DNA of 64,000 nucleotides from Trichoplax sp. H2 (Eukaryota): NCBI GenBank assembly GCA_003344405.1, contig NOWV01000002.1, positions 620,001 to 684,000 of the forward strand, read 5' to 3'. Shown piece by piece: positions 30,254 to 42,348 of this stretch (position 1 is its first letter; each line of letters starts with the position of its first letter). The notes under the pieces were generated by a model. It saw only the letters and a program-made list of their open reading frames with translations, ran no database searches and was not told where the DNA came from. The position numbers and the translations under genes were made by a program.

Positions 30254-33200
30254 TTAGGCAGCAGCAATTTTTCGTGGATCAATCACCACGGTTTTCGTCG
30301 CATTATCTGTCTTGTAAATTCCAATTAATCGATCAGCTAATTCAAACATATTGTTTCTTAAACTTATAATAATGAATTGTGCATTTTTCGTTCTCTCCTA
30401 GTTGTAAGTAAAATAAAATAAAATAAAACTATTAGAGGTTCAGATGTACAGTAGAGACACATGAAAACAATAGCCTTACTTTAATATAATTGGCAACAAT
30501 TGAAACATTTTTGAAGTCTAGGGCTGCATCAATCTCATCCATTACATATAGAGGGCTGGGTTTAAAATGATGCAGAGCAAAAACCTATGTAAATTATGCA
30601 AAAAAGAATACATATTTTAACAACAATTTTAAATTTCAGCAATTAAGACATTCACAGGTAGTGTAGCGTATGTAAAGCTGATACTTCAGATCTATAACTA
30701 CAGTAAGAATGTTTACTCATAAACAATTTATTGTATCGTACCAAAGCAAGTGAACTGAGAGTTTTTTCGCCACCAGAAAGATTGGATATATTCTTCCAGC
30801 TTTTCTTTGGCGGCCGTACGCTAAAAGCAATACCTTCGCTGAAAGGATCCAAACTGTCTACAAGTTCTAAATCCGCGTCACCTCCCAAAGTCAACATTTG
30901 GTACATTTCTTTTAATTTGCTGCTTATTATCTCAAAGCCGTGCATAAACATATCCAGTCTTTCTTTCTTCAATTGATCTAGTTCTCGGCGACGCTCATTA
31001 CGTTGTTCAGTTATTTCGTCAAGTTCTGAAACGCGTGTCAAGTAAACTTCTTCCTGTGATATAAATTCAATAAAATGGATTTAGGTGTTGCCCATAATGG
31101 AGCTGCTTCCTTTACAGAAGCTAATTCAAACGCTACGAATCAATGAGACATTACTTTTCTAAAATATTCGGTTATTGCAGCCATGTTAGGTTTCATTTCT
31201 TGTAATCTTTCTTCTAAGACTGTAATCTGGTATTGTAAATTTACGGTATCTAAGCCTTTTAATTCGTCAATACTAATTTCTGGGAGAATATCTTGAGTAT
31301 CATCGTCAACTACTTCACCCTTGACAACACGGTTAAGTTTCATACTTTCCAGCTATACGAAAAAAAAGATGGTCGTAATAATCTAAGTAATCGCTGATAA
31401 AGTTTAAGCTAAACTGCGATCTAATATCTGGGTACTACGAATTTATTGCTTACCTGTTTCTTACAGCTTTTAATTTTTTGCTGGGCTTCTTTCAATTCGC
31501 CATTTAATTTCTCCAGCTCATGTTTTAATTCGATTTCTTTGTTCTTTGATTCATTCTCTTCGTCGTTTATGATTTTTGCTCCGTCAGTCAAAGTATCCAA
31601 TTCTTTAACTTTTTCCTGGCGTTGTAAATCTAGCTCATTAAAACGATTGTTATTTTGAACCGCATCATCTTCTAACTTTTCCAGTTGAGCCATAACATCT
31701 TTCACGTGATTAGTATTCTCTGTTAATTCTTTTTCCATTTTGTTAATGGCTTCACGACATTTATTTAAATTTCTAAATTTTTGACCATCAAAATTACACT
31801 TAGATAGGGCCCATCAGGATAAATTTTAGATATGTAACTTTCTTACATACTTATCATTTGTTTTAATTGCAACTTTGGATTTCGTAATGGTAGCATTTGC
31901 TTGATCAATCTGATTGATGACTTTATCCAGTCGTTCCTGTAATAACGACATTAACATAAGTATGATATGACTTATTGCCGATAATCATAGTGCTTAACCG
32001 AAACTAAGTGCTAAATACTGTAGTATGCATACGAAAATAACCAACCTGCTGTACTTTCAGTTTAGTACCACCTATCTCCATAATTTGAGTATGCAAGCGT
32101 TTAACAACTTCTTCCACTTTTGAGGAACGTTTCTCTAGCTTTTCATATTCTTTAATATTATAGTTAATGGCATATTAATTGATTTTATTTGTAAAAAAAT
32201 GGTTATGTATGTTTACAATATTGCCGCCAAGTGACGGCTAGTCAGTCACTACAAACATACCGGCTTTTTTCTCTCGAAGGGCCGATTCAAGTTGACCTTG
32301 ACGTTTAGAATCGTCTTTGGTACGATGCTGAGCTAATTTTGCTTCTAATTGCTTTAGTTGTTCAGACATTGTAGTCTGTTGCTCGCTTAAAGACTAAAAT
32401 AGGAAAAGTTGAGAAAGTTTATTTAACGATAACTAGATTGATAATTTGATACCAGACTAACAGACTTTAATACGAGTAGCGGATATTACCTTGACTTCCA
32501 TTTTACATTTTTCATATTCATATTCTAAAGTAGATATTTCTGTGGTAACTGCTTTTTCCGTTTCTTCAAGTTCTTTCCTGTCACGTTGCAATTTCTACGA
32601 TGTAAGATAACATTTTAGTTTAATCTATAAATATTACAATCAACCGTTCATAAATTGACTGAAGCTACAATCGTAAAATGGACCTCGCTAATACTGATCC
32701 AGCTGTTATGGTCATTTTCTAGCTTTTTTAGATCTTGTGGAGATACTTCTTCATGTAGCTTAGATGACATCCTGCCTTTAATAACACGATTACCTCCACC
32801 GGACATAGTTCCTACGATGCGTATAGGTTATATGAAATGTAAGCGAATTTATGCAATAATAACGACAGTGTAGCTCAAAATTAAACGGAGCAATAATAGC
32901 TATCAGCCAACCAACCTGACTGATCAATGAGGTGGCCAGCTAACGTTACTACGCGTTGTCGCTTATTACCCTAGATGAAGGTTTGTGAGAAATTAGTTAA
33001 AACGTAAATTTAAATCCCGCTTAAATTAATTATTTACCTTGAAAGCTATTCTAGTTGCTTGGTCTAAGTCATCGGCAACTAAAGTATCACGTAGGGCAAA
33101 GTAAAATGCAGTTAAGAATTTTTTGTCCGAAATGTTCACTAAATCGAATAGGCGAGGAACATTTTCTGGCCTAAACATGATTAAAAACATTTGCATTAAT

Positions 33201-36200
33201 ATTGGAAGCCTAATAAGGACGTAACTTAAAATGCTAAACTTACGTTGAAATTTTACTGGAAGCGGCTGGACGTAGTTTCTCAATCTAGAGAATTCATTAT
33301 AAATTGTATTAGTACATTGTTAATTTTACAGGAATAAATAACAAAATCTAGTAGCTAATCACCTTGTCTAAAGCCAAGAGTGTTACCAGGCCGATACGTT
33401 TTTCTTTTAATAGTTTAATACACGCTTGAGCAGTTTCCAAGGTATCGACAACAACATGATCTAGAGCTCCGCAAGCAGTACTTATTGCTACATCATACTT
33501 TTGGTTTATGCTGCCCAAATCACCCTTGATTTAAATATAGATTAAATGCTCGAATGTTGTACATACATTCAATTAATTACAAAAGAATTCATTTGTATTT
33601 TACAACACATCTTACCAATCTTCCATAAATTCCATTTATACGCCCTTCTTTCTTCTCTTTCAAAAGGGCGGTAAGAACTTCATTCCTAAAATGACGATAT
33701 TATTTGAATTCTCTAATGTTAAAGATGTACCTTTATAAATTTGAGGCCAGTTGAGATATGCAGAAGTAAAAATTTCGATACAGACCTACTTTTAGACGCT
33801 TGCATAGAGCCTCTCATTTCTTCAAGTTTACTTCTGCTACTGCGAAGCTGAGGATTATCGGAAAAGAGTAATTCGCATGAAATTAGACGTCAGAACATAT
33901 AACATTGTCCAAAATTCTTCACAACGAACATCATTTAAAAATTGCGAAAAATAGCAAGCTTTAGGGTATATGTATAATGAATCATTGTAAAAGTTTACTT
34001 ACGTTGTTTTTAGTGTCAATTTCATTATTTTCGGTTTCTTTAAGTTTTTGTCTTACACTATTCAATTTTTCCTTCTTATTGGGGATACATTTTTCCATTT
34101 CTTTAATATCCCTAAGTTTTATAAATAATTTTAATCCAACTGACTCTTAATTCAAAAGCTAGTATTTAATATTTCATTACAGTATCAGGTTTTATTGATT
34201 ACTTTTTTCTTGCAGCAATGTCTTTGATTGTATTTTCGTAATTTTCCTTGATTTGTTTTAAGCTGTTTTCTGTTTGCTTCTTAGCGCTTAGAAATATATC
34301 TAATTCGCTCTGAGCTACATCCATCTAATCATAGTAACGTAATATATTAAAATCTGATTGAATTAGAAAGCTTACTTCACGTCTTGCTTTATGATAAGAA
34401 CTAATCTTACATTAGATTTTGCTTCATATACAATTTTATTGAGTTCCAATAATTCCTTCTCTTTCCCCTAGAGCCAATAAAAAATTTGTGGTCTATTACT
34501 AATGTTACGCATAATTCGAATGAGTAAGTTTAATTAGACTCAATAATGTGGAAAATTAATTGCATTACCTCTTTTTCAACTTGAAGATCCTGAGTTTCAC
34601 TTTTAAGTCCTAGTATGTTAGAGTAGATTTCAGTGAAATGAAATTTTATGTATAACGCGTATACGATAGGTTTAAATATGGTGCAGTGCATAATTATTGT
34701 ACCTTCAATGATAACTTGCAGATTTTCTTCTTCTACCTTACGTTTAGTCTATCCAAGATATAGATAGTAATCTTCCTTAGCAATCCATTTATATATGTAA
34801 TTACCTCTAGGGGATATTACAATTTAGTACGTGATTCATTACCTCAAGACCAGCAATCGCTTCTTCAGAACTTTGAATTTCTTTCTGGCATTTATCGGGG
34901 ACTTTTAATAACTCTTCCAGCTAATGTAGTATGATTATGGTATGGTAATAGAAATTAGAGATAATTTAGTATAAAACATTTAAAGCATATATTAACTAAA
35001 TGATTTTTTTAATCCAAATTCAAAATAGCAACCTTTTGCTTTTCTTTTTGTAAGGCTTTCTCGAACTTTTTATCTTTGGATTTTGAATGCTTAAGATCCT
35101 AATAAAGTGTCGCCTTTTGTTAACATAAAAATAAATCTACGCGGCTACGGTTACTGCACAAAGTATATCATGGTTGAAAAATGTTCACCTCTCGTAACTT
35201 TACATCAAGTCGTTCTAATTCGGAATACTGATTTTTGCACTTTTCTAGTTCCGCAACGACTTGATCAAAATGTCTACCAATAACAACGAATACGTATGAA
35301 CACTCTTACGTATGCATATCTAACTTGCATAACGTCGATTGTTTATCTATTATAAATTGTTTAATTTTATCCAATGTCAACTTTATATTTAGTAAGTGCA
35401 GAAATAGGCATCAATCAGGTCCAGCTTACTTTCTTTTCTTTTTTAGCTCTTTTTCAGCAGCTCTGGTCTTTTCTGTAATATGAATTGAATAGACATGCGA
35501 GTTACAGCTCTGTATAAATAAGTATTGGATAATGTTATATAATGCAACATTACAAACAGACCTCGATTTTGAGTGATACTCTCTTGCAGGCCCTGCAACT
35601 GATTCATAACTGCATCACGTTTTTCAAGGCCCTCGGTATTCTTTTCGGTAACTTCGTAGCTTTAAGAATATAGCACTTGACGTTAAGAACTTATTAGCTA
35701 AGGGGTGCTCTAAATTCGCCTTAAACGTTAGATACTGATACTGTATGCGTGTAGGTTCAAAAATACTGATTTCCTTACACATATTTCTGCAGCAGTTTAT
35801 GCTTCAATTTCGTTTTATTATTTTCCATATCTATATATTCGCAGGCTTCATTCTTAATACCTTCCAAGTCATCTTTTTCTTTCTCAACTGCTTTCACACG
35901 GTTCAACTAGCCGTAATTATGAGTAATTATGAGTAATAGGATTAGTTAAAAGTGGGAAAAGTTTAATTAAATTTAACTGTTGAATTGATTTTGTAAGGGA
36001 CATGTTGAAATAAATATAACCGAATTATTAGTAATATACTTTTTCACTTCTGGCTTCATTCATGTCGTCGACATTCTTGCTGCGTTCTTCGATAGTTTCC
36101 TTAAATTGACTGGAGCCAATAATATCCTCTAGAAATTCCAGCATTCCTTCATCATGTTCTGTCTGAGCCTTTGGCTTCATTAACGCAATCTGTTCCACCT

Positions 36201-38170
36201 CTCCCTATAACAGGTAATTAAAGCAAGGAAGGATGTTGGAATTTATGGGTTGTAAATTTCGATTTCTAAAACAAAGCTATTAAATTTGCAGCGATTAAGT
36301 TACTCTTGCAACTGATTATTTTATTGGGTGTAATTTCGAATTGTTTATTTTGTACTATCTGCTGTTGCATCAATGTTTTACAGCTATGCGTTGCCAATTC
36401 AAATTGCATGCATACATGCTACACTCATTTTTATATTCCAATTTTAAGCAATGTATGAATATAATCGTAGCGTGTAGTTGATGCTGCAATACGACTTGTG
36501 ATGTAATAGCAAAATTTGCCCAATTTTAGGTGTCAAATTTATGTTAGTAATGTTGGTATACGCAATTCAAAAGTGATAACCCTTTCAGAAAAGAATACGC
36601 AGTTCGGTTTTGTAGCATACAGTAATTTTCGTGACAGTATAGAGGTGTTTACTACATGAAGGGCGGTGGTGTTAATAGTGTACTGTCAGGTCTAGTGTAC
36701 TGTACTGTACTTTACTCTTTATTATGTCCCCCATTTTTCCACAATAAAGCTAAGAAAGCCTGCTAGATAAAATAAGTTTTGCCCAAGCACCACATGCATA
36801 TTCTGTACAGGACTGCGTAACAGAGAATTGTCTTGTCTAGTCACGGTTCGGAGGTATGGAATCATTCGTTAAATGACATAGTCATATACTGAACTATACT
36901 GTACTGTACATTGGTGTTGAAAAAAACGAATTTTACTTTTGTAACTGGATTACTTTACGTACATGTATGATTTTCACTGTCAATCGTGAACAAAGTATAT
37001 TATTCACTATGATCGCAATATTGATTGTATTGTATTACCCATTCCATGGCTCACAACATTCAAGGCTGTGCGTAATGTGCGTTGTTTAGCTGTTATAGTG
37101 CTGTATTATTATTATTTATTCTTTTATTATAATCCAGGTCTCGATAATACTATAAAGTCGAACTTACTTGCAAGATGAGAAAGCGGTTATGATCTAAATC
37201 AATTCCACTTGATTTCAAGAGGGTAGCAATCTCTTTAAAAGGTGTCTTCTTCCCATTTAAATGATAGCTTGAAGTACTATCTTTGTATGCTGTTCTGGAG
37301 ACAACAAACTGACTATCTGGAATCACTTCGTAATCATCGCCTTCCTATACCATTTCAGAAAAACGTATGAAGGATAATTTGTGAATTAGACTGTTTGCCA
37401 GAATAGCAATAATAACAGTCAGACACCAGTGATATTTATAGCAATTACAGTTGGATATAGATGGGAGAAAATGAAGCAACGCCGCACTCCAAACATTTTA
37501 CTTTCCTTTCAACATTAGAAATAAGTTCGAATTTGCTATTTTGTCATTACCGATGTCTTACCTTGTCTATTATTTTTTGAAAATGGACGCTGACGGTACA
37601 ACTATCGATGTTGAGATGCTTCTCTGAGTTATGAATTAGGACAGCGATTTTTTTCGAGCGCATCTTATTGGCACGATATCCAAATACAAATAGCATAGCA
37701 TCAATAACATTGGATTTTCCACTGCCATTTGGTCCAACAATTGCGGTAAAATTCTAGAGTGTTTACAAACGATGGGAAACTTTGAATAGTTCATAACGAT
37801 ATTTTAAATTGCTATCGAATTCACATAAGTAGAAGGAGTAGTAGTAGTAGTTATCAAGCTAAAGCAATCAGCCTAATGGAATAGTTAACCAGTGCAGTAT
37901 GATTACGCTATAAAATTTTATTCATTTTGGAAAAAAAAAACCAGAAAGGCACATTCCACACACGATAACATGACGGTTGTTTGTTGTTAACTGTCAGTTG
38001 CCAGCAGTATCAAGGATGACCGCTATCCGTCAAATCATTCTTATCAAGAGATTCATAAAGACCAAGAAGGAATAACTTACCTTATCGAAAGGGCCTAATA
38101 CTTTTTTCCCGGCATAAGATTTGAAATTTTCATTGACGATATGCGTAATCATTAAACGCGATTCAGCCAT
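30254..38170 (-). CDS. SMC4: Structural maintenance of chromosomes protein 4 (condensin subunit)
   Basis: N-terminal [17 protein letters not shown], Walker [32 protein letters not shown], coiled coils, hinge ([25 protein letters not shown]), signature [13 protein letters not shown], Walker [12 protein letters not shown], and [24 protein letters not shown]. The start codon may lie further upstream. Confidence 0.97.
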
Positions 38171-41051
38171 TTTGGATGATTTTTCGACGATCTTTGGATT
38201 TGTAAGTTTTATCAGTGAATTTTCAAAGTCTACACAAGTAGCTCTCGACTACCAATGAATTGACGTTATTGGAATAAAATCAGGCAATACTAAAATCCAA
38301 CAGAATAGACTAAGGAAATAGCCTATGGAGTTCGAAAATGCAAAATATGGAAGGACAAGTGCTAATTTAGCAACTGGGATTTCAGTTCACTGCTTTCAAT
38401 GAATTCTGACGTTACTGTTGCCTCAACATAAGCATTTGTCCTATATACTGTTCAACTTTTGACTGTAAACTATGGGATAGAGGTACTGTATGGTGGCAAA
38501 CACCAAGGACAAATGGGTAAAATTTGAATTTCGGCGCCAGTAAAACGGTTGGTGCTGACAGCCGCAGTACTGTAGACTGTAGACTGTACAGTCTGATTAA
38601 CTTGGGTGGCACGAAGGAAAATAAACTGTGTACAGTAGGCTAAATCAAGCCTAAAGTAGATCAAATGTTATAGGTAGATATAGCCCAATAACTCATTCCT
38701 ATACAGATCGATTTTGAACAAGAGTGTTAACAAATTGCAACTTTCAGTTCAATTTTCGACGCCATCGAAGTTAATCGCGATGTCCTGTACTGTACAGTAT
38801 ACATAAAAAGTACTGTAGTACAGTTCTGTTTGAACCCTTTCGTTCGCGCAGCCGCTGTCGCAGTTGCTCTTAGACTTCTGGTTGCCGTATTAAAGCAACT
38901 CCTTTTAATTAAAATTAAAACGCACATTTAATTAAGCCCTCCATTCACGTACTGCTACTAAATTACTACTGTATTTTAACGACATCTCTTTACAGGAACT
39001 ACTTTTTACCGGCCAATTCTGTCAGGAATAAATGCGTGCTTATTGTAACCATGCATTTCCAGTCGCTATTGCTCATTTTTGAGGGATAATTTCCATACTT
39101 CAGCGCTACCGGTAGTACTGGCATTGGTCGGTCAATAATAAACTGTAGACTCTAATTAAACGTAATTACTATACTGAATCTACAGTATACAGTATACCAA
39201 TAACGAAGTTTGTTACAGCATATCTCTATTCTATGGCAGACGGTCAATTTTTTTAGCTTTTTCAATCAAAGTAAATTAAATACACAAGTGTAATATTGTA
39301 GCGTCGATATCAAGATCAGAACCCCTTTTAAATATCGTCGTTTAGCTATAAGCAAGGCGTTTACTTATGATAGTAGACGATGGTAGATATCTCTATTGGC
39401 AAACTAAAAAGAGAACATAATCGATACTAATTATAATTAATTTAATGAAATGCTTAATAAGCAAAGTCGTAATGACCATAGAGATATAATAACATTTATC
39501 ATCGTAAAGGTAAAAATGACGCAACATGTCGTTTAAAAATTTCCGCTTATTGGCATTGTTGAATCTTTATGTGTGTGTTATTGTCAATTGTGCGATAATC
39601 ATGGAGTGGGAAGGAACACGTTAGAAAGTCCCTATAGTAAAGAGCGCTAAATGTAAAGTGTACTCTTGGTAAAGTTAAAATTGACTACTGATTATATCAT
39701 CTAAAATGCAATCATACTGTGTAAAGATTACCGGATGATGTACGCATAGCTTGCATAAAGAGTGAATGAATTAGAGTACAGGAATAGAAAAATAGCTTGT
39801 CATCCATACAGACGTTCTTTACTATAACATATAAAGCGCAATCAGAAAAAAATCATGTTATTGCCACAGTATGGGACTTCGTCAGAAGTCTTTAACCGAA
39901 ATGATATTAAAAGGGATACTATTCTATCGGAATGCGAATAACTACCGTATTAGCTGCATGATGATGCAACTAGACGTCTTTGTTAAACACTTTCGATAGT
40001 CGATCAGGATATTACGGGTATGTCCTGTTCTACCACACATGTTTATATTGTATTTATAATCTTTTTCGCCTAACAAAAGTGATATGGACGGCCATACTCT
40101 GTATTCGGGACTCACGTAAGAATGATTCTTGATTTTTAATATTTATACAATTTTTTAATTAAGATGTAATATGATATCAAGATTGCTATATTGAAATGTT
40201 GATATTAATGTGTACCTCGAATAACATCGTTATTCTGCTATTATAAATACGGAAGCTGATTAAATGTAGAACAGATGATATTGATTAATTTACGTCCATC
40301 TTGCTACTGTACCTTTGTTATAAGAATTTCTCTTTCAATGTTATATTAGTATATTTAACATCAGCCAGCTGCTAATCAAATACCATAATATCAGATATAT
40401 TTTCTACTCATCTGCTATTAGTTGGTAAATTTAGCATTATTATAAAACCAAGTTAATAATGAATAGATATGTACTCATTGTCATAACTTTCTATATACGG
40501 TAACATTGACAAATGTCTAGTCATAATGGCAAATTCAATTCAATTAATTAAGGTAAATTATGTTGAGGAGGAATTCGCGTCATGTAAGTATCTAAGTGTG
40601 TCGGTTAAATTGCGTGTGTGTAAATACAATACCTTCTAATTGTGGTAATCCATCAGATGAAACAGTGCTATCAGACTATCAGGCTTTACTACAAGTCTAA
40701 AAGAAATTTTGAATAAATGACCTTAGCCTTATGCCTAACATTTACAAGCAGTGATCTACCATAGTATGTGTATCATGAACCAATCTACCATATAGTTAAC
40801 TCGTTTCTCTCCTTAGCTGTGAAATTAAGATTCTACGCATCACTAGCTGCGAATACAATATTAACTCAGAAGCTAAGCACGCGATAGCAGTTTTCACACT
40901 TACTTAATGTATTGATATAATACGACAAGGAAAGCCTAATCACTGCGACACGAGTCCAAATTAACACACTCATGCAGGTTACTAGCTTAAAAAATATTTC
41001 AGTTCTAATCAATTTTTTTTACACGTAATAGATTATGCTGATAGAGAACTT

Positions 41052-41057
41052 TTTATT
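41052..41057 (-). terminator. Candidate polyadenylation signal of the knottin-like gene
   Basis: AATAAA on the minus strand ~330 nt after the stop codon; the motif is common in AT-rich DNA. Confidence 0.4.
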
Positions 41058-41389
41058 CATCTTGTTATAATAATACTTATCTAGTACAGTATATGTAATC
41101 CTATCTTAAATTATTTATAACTTAGATATAAGCATACAACATTAACGAAACAATATCATTAAACAACTATAATCGATATTTTACTATTGCATTATTGAAC
41201 TATAGCGATAATCATTACAGTATAACATGATGTAAGTATAGATACATGTTATACAAGTGATTAGGTCACATATCGAGCACATCTTAGGGCTTTAAGATAC
41301 AGCTCATCAATAACATATCCAATGATTGTTCTTAGTGCGATGGATATTTCCGATGAAACTTTTTAATATAGTACTGAAGCAATAAGCAG

Positions 41390-41771
41390 TTAACGACCAA
41401 CGCCATTACTCGAGTATGGTGAAACACAATTACCACGATGGCAACCGAAGCAACACTTCTTTTTGTTCTTCTTACAAGATCCGTCAACGCTGCATCGCTA
41501 TATATAAATTTACCCTGTGTTAGCCCATTTTTTATATAGTAAAAGATAGTGATAGTAAGAATTTAGACATTAATACCTTATAAAATGATCTGACGACCCA
41601 GGATTTCTTATCTTCCTTATCAGGATCTGCACCAGATTCATCGATGCTTCGGTATTCTTGCAAGAGGTCTACATTTCTTTCCATGTCATCATCATCAATA
41701 TCATTGATAAATAGGCTTTCAACACTGATGATTGTCATCATGAACAATACGGTAAATATTGCAATCTTCAT
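41390..41771 (-). CDS. Secreted cysteine-rich knottin (ICK)-like prepropeptide, 100 aa
   Basis: Exons 41771-41577 and 41497-41390 with a 79-nt phase-0 GT-AG intron. Translation MKIAIFTVLFMMTIISVES-LFINDIDDDDMERNVDLLQEYRSIDESGADPDKEDKKSWVVRSFYK|RCSVDGSCKKNKKKCCFGCHRGNCVSPYSSNGVGR*. Confidence 0.88.
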
Positions 41772-42314
41772 TATGCTTAGAACGAACTTAAAATCTAAGT
41801 AAGAGAGAACGATAATAGATTATGAGCTGTCAATATTTAAAGTAAATTTTAGAACGATTCCGGCTTTAATTTTTCTATGGGCGTAAGACGATGTATAATT
41901 ACTTTTACAGTCTATAACACTAGAATCCAGTGTTATTTCCTGTGGTATTATACTCGGAAATAATTTTACCTATTTTAAATATTAGTATTATATTTCCCTT
42001 TTTAAATGAAACTTTCTAAGAAATTAATCGACTCTGCTGACATTGCGAGATAAATAGCAGTGCTGAGAATAGATGTAACGATATTATCAGGTAACAAAGA
42101 GTAATCTCAACAAACATGTAAAAAATTTTTATCAAGTTTTATGTACTTGTACTGAAGTTTTACGTATTTATGAAAAATATTCTACTTTTTTCTAATACTT
42201 TAAAAATTATCTGAAATTCACAATTGGCATTAATACAGTTAGATATGATGTTCTCACCTCTGATCTTAAATACTGAAAGAACTTCTTTTCGCTGTACTAG
42301 CGGTTATCTTCGGA

Positions 42315-42348
42315 ATAATGACTGGTAGCGTTTTCGAATCTTTTTATA
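42315..42348 (-). promoter_or_regulatory. TATA box plus initiator-like element of the knottin-like gene
   Basis: Minus strand TATAAAAA (42348-42341) with CAGTCATT ~25 nt downstream, then an AG|GTGAG donor near 42257 and a CTTAG acceptor near 41795, consistent with a 5'UTR intron. Confidence 0.6.

Noticed and set aside
30731..35936. Plus-strand ORFs at 30731, 31446, 32655 and 35745
   Set aside because: Antisense shadows of SMC4 exons.
36205..37148. Long SMC4 intron as host of a miRNA/scaRNA like vertebrate SMC4
   Set aside because: No recognisable hairpin or box motifs were seen.
39526..39624. Signal-peptide-like short ORF MSFKNFRLLALLNLYVCVIVNCA as a second secreted peptide gene
   Set aside because: No in-phase downstream exon was found; hydrophobic short ORFs are common in AT-rich DNA.
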